A stretch of 63,194 bases of DNA, counting the filler, from Craspedostauros australis (taxonomy: Eukaryota), in assembly GCA_030167865.1 (NCBI GenBank). It is 12 parts of 12 records of this genome, joined end to end, with 100 filler letters (N's around TTAATTAATTAA, not from the genome) between each part and the next. Parts side by side here need not be neighbours in the genome. Positions count along the whole stretch, not along the records: positions 32,235 to 33,807 come from JALAGF010006608.1; positions 33,908 to 37,230 come from JALAGF010006609.1; positions 37,331 to 39,003 come from JALAGF010006610.1; positions 39,104 to 53,960 come from JALAGF010006611.1; 8 more parts are not named here. One strand, written 5' to 3'. A program made the position numbers and the translations under genes. Each line of letters opens with the position of its first letter. Position 1 is the first letter of the stretch. This document shows positions 32,235 through 45,128 of the stretch, piece after piece. Under the pieces are notes generated by a model. The model made no database searches, was not told the origin of the DNA, and worked only from the letters and a program-made list of their open reading frames with translations.

Positions 32235-33807
32235 TGCGTTCGCGACCGCGCAGTCGCGACATACCGGCATCTCGCCGATAATCTTCCATCCGTATTGAGC
32301 TGCCGTTCGCTTCATGGCTTCGAGTGGCGCGTGGCCGAGCATTCGATGCAAGTTCACCGCGCTGATCTCCTTGGATGGGTTCTTGACGATGGCTGTGCAA
32401 GCCTTGTCGTCGTTCGTTGGCATGATGGGATGCATCTGCACTCCCGTGATGAATCCGTTGGCTGTGGGGAAGACTCGGTCGAACACGATCTTCGTTCCGG
32501 ATCCGTTGATGATGTCCATCAGAATGCCGTTGCTACCAAGCTGGTAACCGTTGTACAGAGCCTTGTTCGTGGAGAAAAGGTTCACCGCCATTTTCGGTGT
32601 GTACTTCACATCATCAAGCCGGATGATGTGGCCGGTGTTGTCTCGTTGCTTGACCTTCAAGCGAATGGATCCCATTTTGGGAGAGTCCAGTTTCGTGCTG
32701 TCTCCCACTTGGACGAATGATTTGATGTGCCGCACGTTGAAGAGAGCGGCGTCTGAGTTGACGATGTGACACGAGGCTCCACTGTCGGCGAGCCAGGTGT
32801 TCTTGTCGACCTTGTCCTTGTACTTGGTGCTTAGCTCGTGGAGCTGCTCCACGGCTGCCGCAGCTATCTCGTCGTTGAAGCTGCCGTCATCGTCATCTTC
32901 GTGAACTCCATCTTCGTTGNNNNNNNNNNNNNNNNNNNNNNNNNNNNNNNNNNNNNNNNNNNNNNNNNNNNNNNNNNNNNNTGATCCTGTGGCTGGATCG
33001 TATGGGTGGACGCGTGATCGCTCTCGCAAGAGTACACGCATGCATCCTCCAAGGATGTAGTGCAGGTCCGTCTCTGGGATCGTCTCCGTGTTGTCCGCTT
33101 CCAATATGCGGTTGATGACGACCGAATTGGCGAGAATCTCTTCGATTGATCTGAAGTTCTCGGATAGGATGGNTCCCATCATGTTCACCCATATCGGTCT
33201 GAGCACTCCTTGTACGTGTCCTGGGAAGAGTTTCGTTCCTGCTTCCATTACGGCGTCGAAGATGAGTTGCTTCTGGATTACCAATGCTGTCTCTGTTGCA
33301 TATGGGACGGTATCATGACGATGGAGGTAGTTGGAGTTGTTGGGATCCTCAATCGGTGGGAAGTCAATGTTCCCTGGGTAGACGACGCGCTCGTTCGGAT
33401 TGAAGCTGTCGTCCGGATGATTCTCGGTTTCGTCGCTGTCATCTTCGTCGAAGATGCCCGATCTGTTGTTCCCCGCTGCTGGAGGAGGCGGCGCCGCGCC
33501 GCGGTTCACCTCGTCGTCTTCATCTGCGCCGTCCTCGTCGGCGTCGTCGTCGTCATCGCTCATGGCCTCTTCGATGTCGCTATCGTTGGCCTNNNNNNNN
33601 NNNNNNNNNNNNNNNNNNNNNNNNNNNNNNNNNNNNTGCGCGTTGAAGCAGCATTCGTAGCTCACTTCGCGTCTTGGATCCACCTCGTGGATGATTGGCT
33701 CCTCGCTGAGCCACTCCGGGACAATCTCATCGTCCTGTACTTCGTCGTCACTTCCGACGCACTCGAAGTTATCGAAGAAGGAGTCTTCGATGTAGTCGTC
33801 GGACACC
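32235..33807 (-). mobile_element. Ty1/copia fragment: long NC-PR spacer, protease, GAG-pre-integrase
   Basis: WLADSGASCH, VKYTP..NLFS, LHRMLGH..CRDC. Confidence 0.92.
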
Positions 33808-33907
33808 NNNNNNNNNNNNNNNNNNNNNNNNNNNNNNNNNNNNNNNNNNNNTTAATTAATTAANNNNNNNNNNNNNNNNNNNNNNNNNNNNNNNNNNNNN
33901 NNNNNNN

Positions 33908-34542
33908 GATCGTACTATTCAGAACTGTGAGCTCATTCTCTTCAGCTCCTTTGCCTTTCGTTTCTCATGTAGCATCTCCTGCAGCAGCATCTCGTTAGAC
34001 TGTTGCATTCATGCATCTCATCATCATGGATCATCGCNTGCATGCATGAGGCCTCATCCGCAGGCATCCTTGTCATGCACATCGTCGTGCATATCCGAAG
34101 GCATTCCTGCCTTGCGACTCGTCGTGCATATCCTTATTCTACATTCCCTGCGGTACGATTCCACAGTCTTGCGTTTCGCTCTTGATCTCCTGACACCAAA
34201 CTTTACGATTGGTGTCATGATTGATGTCATGTTTGATGCCCTTTCTGAGTTGTTCTAGTCTGTGGGTGACACGTGCCATGATCTCCAGATGGGGTGATCA
34301 TCAATCGGTCGGTCATCATCCTCCTTCCCATGATTTGGATGTCGTGGTCTTTTCTTGATACACAGAGGACAGGCTTGTTTGCTTGGTAAGACTGGGGTCA
34401 TTCCCGTGTGATTCGTGTCGTGGGTGGAATGGANAATATTCAATGGTGTGACNAATAATATCCAAAGGTGTGACAAATAATGTTGGGAGTTGCGGCAATC
34501 ATGGGTATCTTTCCGACAGAGTCGTACCCTCGATTCCTGACA
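33908..34542. mobile_element. LTR-like fragment (family E) ending GATTCCTGACA; its end recurs at 34746-34827
   Basis: The same ~80-bp terminus abuts two unrelated retroelement coding targets. Confidence 0.7.
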
Positions 34543-34695
34543 AACAGATTGAGATGATCTGTGTGTATTGTTATTTGCTGACCAAGGAGAATGTTATTGA
34601 ATGCTTTCAGTGTTTCGACTATGCTGAGAAGCTCCTTCTCTCCTGTGGTATACCGCGTTTGAGCGGCATTAAGTTTACGAGTATAGAATGCCAGT
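34543..34695 (-). mobile_element. Ty3/gypsy RNase H fragment
   Basis: LAFYTRKLNAAQTRYTTGEKELLSIVETLKAF..LLG..IHTDHLNL. Confidence 0.9.
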
Positions 34696-34827
34696 NNNNN
34701 NNNNNNNNNNNNNNNNNNNNNNNNNNNNNNNNNNNNNNNNNNNNNTCCAAAGGTGTGACAAATAATGTTGGGAGTTGCGGCAATCATGGGTATCTTTCCG
34801 ACAGAGTCGTACCCTCGATTCCTGACA

Positions 34828-37230
34828 GTGGTGGGAACCAAGGGCGGGCCCACTGAGAGTGGAGACCCACGCAAGGCGTGGAAGGCCCTTGAACGCATCT
34901 ACGAGCAACGCACTGCGCCTNTNAAGGCAAAGTTGTTGGCTCAACTCAANGGGATGCGNTTGAAGAAAGGNGAGCACCCAGACACGTTCCTAACNGANAT
35001 GGAAGTGCTGCGTAATCGCCTCGGTAGTACTGGNATCAAGATNGATATGCAACAGTACCACATGCTCGTACTCAACGCCCTCGGAAGGGAATACGAGACG
35101 GACGTCAAGCTCTTGGAGCTCAAGTTCGACGGTATGGAGGACACCATGACCCTCGAAGACATCCGCGAAGCTGTCAGTGCCACCTACGACGGCCGACACC
35201 TCAAGCTCGGCGGCAACAGACGTGAGAGCAACAGGGAAGAGACTGCATTCGCTGCAGTAGGAGGCTTCAAAGGTCACTGCCGCAACTGTGGTGCCTACGG
35301 CCACAAGAAAGCAGACTGCCGCTCCGCCCCCAAGAAAGACAANGGCAAGAACAANAAGAGTGGCCAAGGAGTCAACAACAGCAAGCCCAAGTTCAATGGG
35401 GAGTGTAAGTACTGCGGTAAGAAGGGACACAAGATCCTACAGTGCTTCAAGCTGAAGGCAGCCATGAAAGAGGCAGACTCGGCTAATGTGGCAACTGATG
35501 GGATGGAAGGAAATAACGACGTAGCTCTTGTGATGACCGACGAATTAATTTGTGTGCCCACCTCGGGAAACACGAACGAATTGGAAAATGTGACCAACTT
35601 GTCTGTGAACACAGGCGAGGCGNNNNNNNNNNNNNNNNNNNNNNNNNNNNNNNNNNNNNNNNNNNNNNNNNNCCGCAACTGTGGCGCCTACGGCCACAAG
35701 AAGGCAGACTGCCGCTCCGCCCCCAAGAAAGGCAACGGCAAGAACAAGAAGAGTGGGCAAGGAGACAACAACAGTAAGCCTAAGTTCAACGGGGAGTGTA
35801 AGTACTGCGGTAAGAAGGGACACAAGATCCTACAGTGCTTCAAGCTGAAGGCAGCCATGAAGGAGGCAGACTCGGCCAACGTGGCAACTGATGGGATGGA
35901 AGGAAACAACGACGTGGCTCTCATGATGACAGATGAGCTAATTTGTGTCCCCACCTCGGGAAACACGAACGAATTGGAAAATGTGACCAACTTGTCTGTG
36001 AACACAGGCGAGGCGAAAACACGCGACAACGACAGCAACTACCAAGTTGACTCCAAGGTAATGGAGGACGTCGCCTTTGCAGCCATCGTCGAACATACTG
36101 ACACATCTCCCATTCTTTCTTTGAGACCACACAACGTCAACAAAAAGATGAGCAACTCCAACCAAGGACAAGAATCCTACTATGACGCAAGCCTCACCAA
36201 CGAAGGGGCCACCGACACCGAGGACGTGGATGACGACATGGGGGATGCCAACCGAGAAGAAGAGGCACGTCGCCCTATCTTCAACTTCGCCCCAGAGCTC
36301 TCTCGTGTGGACCGCATGATCGGGAACTCGACNGGGCTTACCACCAACACGGCCTGGTGCCCTCTGTGCCTCAAGCGAGGACCACTTTACGCCTGGTGCG
36401 TGGAGTGCCCCCAAGTCCCTTTCTTCATCCAGCTCCACAACGAGCCGCGTGGCAATGTGCCAACGAACGACGAAGAGCGCGCGGAACGACGTACCAGACT
36501 CGAAAGAGCTGGCTCCCTCCGCAATGCGGTTCGAGCATCGCTGAGCAACGTGCTCAAAGCCGATGATGTGCGTTGTGAGCTCGCCTTACTGTGCTATGAC
36601 GCTGTGGCCACTCACNNNNNNNNNNNNNNNNNNNNNNNNNNNNNNNNNNNNNNNNNNNNNNNNNNGGCCACTCACAGCTGGGACCGCGTCCCTCTCATCG
36701 AGCCACGCACGGTGTATTTCAAACTGCACGAGATCGGGATGCTTACCACTTTGAGTGTGTGTCGCAACCCGTGCAACATCAACAACAGTTTGGAGTCTCG
36801 TCAGTTCGATCCCTTTCCCAGCGATTTGATTTCGCGCATAACCCACCATGCCGCAAACTCCATCAGCTGGACCCATCACCAAAGTGACTGCGGAGTCAGA
36901 CTCCCAAAGCCAGAGCACTGGGTGCTGCCAATCTACTCTGAACGCGAAGAGCAACACGAAGTGGCAATGGTGGTCGGCAACACCGACAACGTCAGCGCAA
37001 GGCGCTCCTCCGTCGCACCGGACAACTACGAGAGCAACACCTGGTTGGGAGATTCTGGCGCATCGTGCCATCTCACCAACAACGACGAAGGGATGACTAA
37101 CGTTCGCGTCTCCGATCAGAATGTGAAGATCGGGAGCGGGCGCTTTCTCAAGGTAACCAAGGTGGGCGACAAGCGCATGACCGTCATGCAAAGAAACGGG
37201 AGGAGATACAACGTGGTGCTCAAGTCGGTG
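34828..37230 (+). mobile_element. Ty1/copia gag (capsid, CCHC knuckles), long spacer and protease
   Basis: GDPRKAWKALERIY, CRNCGAYGHKKADC, CKYCGKKGHKILQC, WLGDSGASCH. Confidence 0.93.
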
Positions 37231-37330
37231 NNNNNNNNNNNNNNNNNNNNNNNNNNNNNNNNNNNNNNNNNNNNTTAATTAATTAANNNNNNNNNNNNNN
37301 NNNNNNNNNNNNNNNNNNNNNNNNNNNNNN

Positions 37331-39003
37331 GCATTTGCAGCATCTGCGGCCGCGTGGGATGGCGTCTCGTTTGATCTTGCTGTACACCTTGCGTGTGTCC
37401 ATGGAGTTGAACTCTTTCTTGATGGCTGCTCGATATCCCTTTCGATGGATAGGGTCTGGATGGTTGAAGGCTCCATCGAATGTTGTAGGTTCGATGTGCT
37501 TCTCTGGTTCTTTGTTCTCGTCCTGCATCGACAGTCCGATGTCGATCGCTGGTGATTCGGTAATGATTGCATTCATTCCGTACAGTCCTGTTGTGCTATA
37601 GTGAGTGATCTCAATCTCTCCTTCATCTGCAATTTCTTCGTCATCTGTAGTTTCGTTGTTGGAGTCGTCGATCATCTCGTCGCTGAGTTCATCACTGTCT
37701 TCGTTGGATGATGGATCGCTTTCATATCCTTCTTCCTTTNGACCTCGTTCGTTGAAATCTGCGAGTTCACGCAGAGCTCTAGAAATATTCTTTCCTGTAG
37801 TTGACTTGGGATTAGTTTCTCCCTTCCTGCCTCGTGATTCGTGACGTCGGATCCTCTCCTTTCTAGCTATGTCATGCTTGTTTGGTTTGCTCGGTGGAGA
37901 TCTGGATGGTGTGTCATGTGTAGACCTCGCTGGTGTGTTTGGAGGGGTGACGCCTGTATTATCATCGGCTTCGTCGCCGGATGGTAGGATCTCGTCATCC
38001 TCATGATTGGATTCGCTCCGATCTTCCTCGTCGTTGTGGACTAGTTGAGTCACTACTCCGTCGTCCTCATTATCCTCATCGTCGCTGTCCGATAGGATAT
38101 AATACCTGTTGCTGTCAGCGAAAGATACTCTCTTCGCTTCTGATGCTTGACGCGTTGCCGTCCTTGGCATTGCTCCCTTCCGTCCGATGGTTGTGAAGCC
38201 GTCTGCGTCCGTTGTTCCTGTTTCGTTGGATATGTTCGGTGCTGGTGCCCAGCCACGGAACTGTCCGTATGATTGGTTGAGCCACTTGATATCGCGTGAG
38301 CAGATCAGTGACTTGGTCGATGGTCTGTACATGTTGTAGACCCCTGATGCATGTTGGTGTGCATACCCGATGAACACCATCTCTTCTCCTCTATTCTTGA
38401 GCTTGGCGGTAATCCCGCCGTAGGTAGTCTTCACAACACCCACCTCTCCGNNNNNNNNNNNNNNNNNNNNNNNNNNNNNNNNNNNNNNNNNNNNNNNNNN
38501 TGTTTCATTGGATACGTTCGGTGCTGGTGCCCAGCCACGGAACTGTCCGTATGATTGATTGAGCCACTTGATGTCGCGTGAGCAAACGAGTGACTTGGTC
38601 GATGGTCTGTACATGTTGTAGACCCCTGATGCGTGTTGGTGTGCGTATCCGATGAACACCATCTCTTCTCCTCTATTCTTGAGTTTAGCGGTGATCCCGC
38701 CGTAGGTAGTCTTCACAACACCCACTTCTCCGAAAGTGCGGAGTGCATCCGCNTANGGTGGATCATTGCCGAAGAATTGTCGNTGTGGTGACTCCTTTTG
38801 ATTCTTCGCTACGGTGATGTTGGCGATGGCGGTGGCAGTGCTAGCAGCTGCTGCCCACAGGCCATGCCTATACTCTTCGTCGAGCTGTGCTCCGTTGAGC
38901 ATGGAGCGGATCTTGGTGCAGAGGTACGCGAACTTGCGTTCTACTCTACCGTTCTGTTGCGGTGTGTTCGATGCCGTGAATTCGAATTTCACGTTGAGTC
39001 CTG
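37331..39003 (-). mobile_element. Ty1/copia integrase C-terminus to RT start
   Basis: TPQQNGRVER, LRTFG..KLKNRG..FIGY, SRDIKW, EPTTF..AIKKEFNSM. Confidence 0.95.
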
Positions 39004-39103
39004 NNNNNNNNNNNNNNNNNNNNNNNNNNNNNNNNNNNNNNNNNNNNTTAATTAATTAANNNNNNNNNNNNNNNNNNNNNNNNNNNNNNNNNNNNNNNNN
39101 NNN

Positions 39104-39512
39104 TCGACGGAGTGACCCCTAAATATGCAATGACGGCCTATAACCACTTGGAACGCACCCATTGGGGACCATACCATGGCCCACCATTGTTGGTTTGCTC
39201 GCGCATTGATCATTTGTATGCACATCTGTCCAGAACACGATATTCAGTGGCGCTGAATATTCACTGTCATATGAATCACCAAATTCGACCGGAGGATCCT
39301 ATAAATACGTAATTACGACCTATAACCACTTGGAACGCACCCATTGGAGGCCGTACCATGGCCCACCATCGTTGGTTTGCTCGCGCATTGACNNNNNNNN
39401 NNNNNNNNNNNCCAGAACACGATATTCAGTGGTGCTGAATATTCACTGTCATATGAATCACCAAATATGACCGGAGAGACCCCTAAATATGCAATTACGA
39501 CCACCCCCACTG
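39104..39512. mobile_element. End of a Tc1/mariner-like element with 182-bp subterminal tandem repeats
   Basis: CTATAACCACTTGGAACGCACCC at 39138 and 39320; the array stops at CCCCCACTG|TA (CAGTG terminus plus TA). Confidence 0.55.
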
Positions 39513-40111
39513 TATCGCAGATGGATTTCTTTACGGCGAGCGCCTGATCACTGTCTCATGCCATCTGGGTGCTCTCTCATCTCACTCTATCATAGTATTT
39601 TCCACGCGTATAGAGCCTATGTTCACAAATGATAAACATATCGTTCATACAAAGTCCAGACTTTAAACAAGCGCACATGGTAGTCGCTATGCGCAAAAAA
39701 ACAACATAACAATTGGAGATACTCCGTTGCAATTGTTTTTACCTTGTCATTTTAACGCGATACTACGTAAGAGCTAATCAAATGAGTATAGAGGTTTATT
39801 TGTGGGACTGGATCGTACCGTGTAACTTGCACTGTGTTCCTTGTTTGGTCATGAGTCTGATTCGCAAAAAAAAAATTCTCAATTCGCTAATATGAAAGTC
39901 ACGCCAGTCGACTTTCCCAATGCCGCCCAAACTGCTAAAACCAGAGGCTCTCACAGTACGTGCTCATGATTAAACAATTTCCCTCTCTGACACGTCACTA
40001 ATTTGGGACTAGCTAAGGCGGATCCACGGGATACTACGAATCGGCGATCGAAAAGAGGAAGTACCACGGATGGGAGACACCATTCCGTTTTGCGAAGTTG
40101 ATTTTGCGAAT

Positions 40112-41930
40112 GAGCAAATTCACTAACCAGGTCGTTTTTGAGGCCAAAGTTCACTAACCAGGTCGTTTTGGTGCCTGGCATGATGATTGGATCAATGGAA
40201 TGGCCGGCGTATCACTGCGACAGACTCGAAAATAATAATTTAGCCACGAAGTCGACACATCAACCATTTCCCTGTTGGACAGCGTAGAGTACTCTAGTTC
40301 ATGATGNNNNNNNNNNNNNNNNNNNNNNNNNNNNNNNGACCTGCTATATTGCATACTGACATCAGCCATTGGCATGTCCCTACCTTGAACATTCTACATC
40401 CAACTGGAAGGAGATTCAGATCATATGTAGTCAGTTCCTGTGATACCATTCGGTCGCTGTGTGTATTGTGTTGGTTATATGTGCATGCAAAAGGCCAAGC
40501 ATACTTGATTCTACCAACCGCATCACTCCAAGCACACTCCAAAGGGTACGGCCACGAAGTTTGAGGTCTCTAATCCGTCTGGAAGGTACTCATATCGATG
40601 GATCTGGATATCATGTGATCCTGTGTGTGGCAGTACTGTGAGCAACGCATCAAACTGTATAGTAACTCGACCATTTGTGCAGGTAAAATTTCAGTTGCGA
40701 TCCAATCCAACACTACCACCACTCCAAGCACACTCCAAAGAGTACGGCTATGGAATTTGAAGTCTAGACTCTGGTTGGAAAGGATCGAAATCTACGGATG
40801 CAGATATCGAATAGAAGTGACTGACGTCGTTACATGGGGCTCACCTGCGCGCATGCCAAGACCCCTTTCTGATGGATCCAAGACCTCAAACTCCATAGCC
40901 GTACCCTTTGGAGTGTGCTTGGAGTGGTGGTAGTGTTGGATTGGATCGCGACTGACANNNNNNNNNNNNNNNNNNNNNNNNNNNNNNNNNNNNNNNNNNN
41001 NNNNNNNNTGCGTACCGTACTGTACCGCCCCCACAGCATCACATGACATCCTGATCTGTAGATTTCGATCCTTTCCACATGGATTTATCACTCCAACCTC
41101 TATATCCGTAACCTTTGGAGGAGGCTTGGAGTCATCGAAGTGTTAGATTGGAATATGATTGACATTTGGTCTGCACACATGCTCAGAACGCTGTACAGCG
41201 CGATGCGTACCATTCCGTACTGCTTGGTATCAGCATCCGTAGAATTGGATCCCTTCTAAACGGATCTAGGACTTCAAACTCGATGACCGTACTCTTTGGA
41301 GTGCGCTTGGAGTTGTCCAGTTGATTGGATCTCTGAAAATGGCCTGTGCAATACATCGATATGCATAATACTGCACAAGGCGATGCATACCGTGCAGTCT
41401 CATCCGACGCAGTACTATGTGGTATCAGCATCCGTAGATTTCGATAACTTCCAGACGGCTCTAACACTGCAGGCTCCATGGCCGTACTCTTGGGAGTGTG
41501 CTTGGAGTAGTGCGGTTGGTATCATCAAATATGCTTGACCTTTTGTCTGCACAGTACACACAGTGACTGAACGGTATCGCAGGATTGGACTACATGTAAT
41601 CTGAAACTCCTCGCAGTTGGGTCTGGACCATCCCAAAGTAGGTACATGCCAATGGCTGATGTCAGTATGCAATATAGTTGGTTGGACCCTCTACTCGTAT
41701 TCCACAGAACAGGATTCATCACCAACATTATTAACTTGTCTCGTCTACTCTAATCTACTCTACTCTACTGGGAAACGGTTGACGTGTGTATTTCGCGGCT
41801 AAATTAATATTTTCGTGGTTGTCGCAAGGACGCGCCTGTCAACAGTCCGGCCATTGTGATTGGTCAGACACCAAAACGACCTGGTTAGTGGACTTTGGCA
41901 TCCAAAACGACCTGGTTAGTGAATTTGCTC
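40112..41930. mobile_element. Non-autonomous Mutator-like foldback element with 10-bp TSD
   Basis: TTTTGCGAAT at 40102-40111 and 41931-41940; TIR GAGCAAATTCACTAACCAGGTCGTTTT; inverted homology extends far inward (40340-40385 vs 41635-41680). Confidence 0.93.
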
Positions 41931-43066
41931 TTTTGCGAATTATCGAGTTTGTTGTGATGTTTTGGTTTTGATGACGTCGACGTTTCGTCACATCGGATGA
42001 CGTTGAAGGAGGAATCTTGGGGGACGCGTTAGCACGCACGAATATGGTTGTATTCGGTGTTAAGTAGCTCCCCCTTTTGAGGTTTTGATTAGTTGGGGTT
42101 GTGACATGCCTGTGTCACATTCGGGGGCATCCGATTCATGTGTGTGTCTTTGGAGGTGCAATTTGGACACCATGACGGCGCGCTTCAATGTGCGGGGCGC
42201 AACGCGTGAGGGAGCAGTTCGCGATGTTTGAAGAGAACCCTCTCTCTGGTTTGGTGGTTGGAGTTGACGATCTGGCGACTGCGAAGGAGAAATCCAACCA
42301 GAACCTCCTTGAACACGTGAAAGGGCGCGAGAATTCCAAAACAGGGTTTGGGTGGCACACAGCCCACACATGGACCGCAACAACGGGGAGAGAGGAACTG
42401 GCCGCGAACGCGGAGAGGCGGCAAGGTGCCAAAGGCTCCATTCATCGACGCTACGATCAGCTTGACCACCACCCAGCGCGAAACAGAGAGCACCACGGAC
42501 TGTTTCTCCCGTTCGAGACATCGCATTCGCAGCCGCACACACACGAGTGGTTGTACCCACAAGCCACACCACAACCACCAAAAGGTACGAGTCAGTGCGA
42601 GCCGCCACAAGTATTTGTGTAGTACGCCAGAGAGGGATTGCCAATTCAATGCCAGTCATCCACTCCATCCACTCCATCATCATTTCTGGCTCCCATTCAT
42701 CCGCACCGAGTTGAATTGCAGTTGCATGTGAAGATCCACAATAGCGACATTAGTGACAACAGCGACAATAGGCACAACAGGAGAGGCACAAACGCAAGGC
42801 TCCAGTTCATCAGTCGCCTCGTCGATCATCTCACCGATCAGGCCTCCCGCTCACCTCCGAGCATCTGTCCATTCCTCCGCTCATTCACAGATTGTGTTCG
42901 CATCTTTGATTTTTGCCGAAAGTGGATCCAATCCAAACCACACAATTCACATCACACACTTCACATCACACACTTCACAGTCACATATAACACCATAAGT
43001 GGTACGAAGGGACGCTCATCATCATCATAATCATCACCATCATCATCATTACAAGCATCATCCACA

Positions 43067-45128
43067 ATGGCCGAAAAGACAACAACCGCCACCGCCAGCA
43101 AAACCGCCGGTGCAGCCGCTGCCAAGACCAAAGCAAAGGCCTCCGGCGCATCTGTCAAGAAGAGCGACTCCATCATCAAGCGCGTGAAGAAGCTGTTCGG
43201 AGGCAAGACCAAGAAGAAGCCAAGCAGCAGCCGCAGCTCCGGCTTCAGCTCAGCCAACAGCATCTACACCCGCGATGACAAGAGCCTCTTCTCCGCCGAG
43301 TCCAGCCAGCACAACTCCGCCTCGAATCTCGCCAACGCAGGCGCCAAGACAGCCACGGATGCCGTCGCGGACGGCGCCAAGGCTGCAGCCACGGCCGCGG
43401 ACGGCAAGAGCGTCGCCTCCACCTCGAGCAAGAAATCATCCGCCACGCGCCGTTCCTACCTCCAGGTCGTCCTCCTCCTCATGGACCCAAAGACCAGACG
43501 CTTCGAATTGCTGCAGCTCGAATTCGATTCCGAAAAGGCCAAGGTCTCCGACATTCTGCGCCAAATCCCGCTGGCCGTCACGGAGGACATTATCAAGAAC
43601 ATCAAGTACACCGGCGTCTTCAACGCCAACCGAGCCGTCAAGCTCGAGGACGACAAGCTCTCCGAATTTTGCAAGGGCAAGGACGTCCTTGTCGCCATCC
43701 CCAACGACATGGACCCCGAGGGCACCATCCGGTTGGCTCGTCCCATCTTGGGCGATGACAAGGTCATCGATATGGTACGTGCCACTCCAATACCATGCGT
43801 TGCCACATCATGCGATGCTGTCATTCATTTGCTTTTATCTTCTTTGCGTGCGTGCGTGTATTGGCAGGGAGTATTGCACTTGTTGCTGTTGCTGCTGCTT
43901 TCCGCGCCATGTTTTTTGCCTTCGCCTGCAACGTGCAGCATCATGCTCTGCACAGATCATACGCGCACATGTACCACCTTTCCAATCCAATGTGTTAGTG
44001 CAAGGATCTATTATTCAATTCTCCACAAGCAAGCAAACAAACAAGCAAACAGACGCACAAACAAACAGACACATACACAGCACATGCCATCCTCTACTCA
44101 CAATTGCATTCGTTCCGCATTTCTGGCGAATCAAAAATGGCGAACAATGAAAATGGCGCCATCCAATTTTCTCACACCCATGATCACGAAAACGCACGTC
44201 GGCAACGCCCACTCCCCGCGCAAACCGCTGCACATCCACTATACCAAATCAAACCAATATTTTATGTACGACGAACCATTAGCTCGAATCGACCGGTGTA
44301 AACATGGCTCCATGGAAGGAAACCTTCAGCAAGGCTGCCAGCGAGGACGCCGCAAAGGCCGACAAGTCCAAACCAGACGAGAAGGCGGAGGCAAAATCGG
44401 AATCGGCTCCAGACACGAAAATGCCGGCAGCCGCCACTGCTGCCAAGAAATCCGATGCCACCAAGTCCGATGCCAAATCAGAAACCAAGGAAGCCTCGAA
44501 ATCCAGATCCATCACGGAAACGCCGCCTTCGACCTCCGTTGGCGGATCCGAATCATCGGCGTCGACAGCATCGGCATCCAGCTCCGCATCCCGATCGATG
44601 CCAACCACCACCAAAAGCAAGAGCAGCTACACCTCCCTCTTCCTCCTCATCCTCATCCTGTGCATCTTCCTCTTCCCATACGTCCACGACTACTTCACTG
44701 CCCCAGTCGCCGCCGGAAAGCCATTGGCACCGGGCTCATGGAGAAGCCGATGCGGCCTCAAAAAATACTACACCCTGTGTGACGATGCTTTCCTCGAGGT
44801 CAACGACGACGGCATCGTCAACATCTACAACGACCAGAAGGACCTCGTCCTCACCATGGAGGGTGCTGTGTGCCCGAAGAAGGTCGTCGCTGACACCAAG
44901 GACACTGCTGACGCCACCGCTCCTGCCGCCGGTACCATTGATAACGATTGCGTCGATGGCCTCGTCATGACGGAAGAGGGCGACATCATCATCGGTGGCA
45001 AGCAGGTCAAGCATGCTAAGATCCGATCGAAAGAGGCGCTCGAGGATTTCACCCCATGGCCATTCTTCAATGTTCCGAATATCAATATCAAGACGGCGCC
45101 AAGATTCAAGATGTTCAAGCCACTTTAG
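43067..45128 (+). CDS. Uncharacterised single-pass membrane protein; exons 43067-43774 and 44283-45128
   Basis: A GTACGT..ATTAG intron (43775-44282) joins KVIDM|LESTGVNMAPWK in frame; TM segment LFLLILILCIFLFPYV; strong codon bias in the exons only. Confidence 0.85.

Noticed and set aside
35280..36015. Gag with four zinc knuckles
   Set aside because: Two near-identical copies separated by a gap; most likely two element copies or haplotypes scaffolded in series.
42060..43030. Overlapping 120-200-aa ORFs on both strands
   Set aside because: No motifs or codon bias; likely promoter/UTR sequence.
43775..44782. 571-aa ORF 43067-44782 as a single-exon gene
   Set aside because: It reads through a GT-AG intron into the wrong frame; the spliced model is better.
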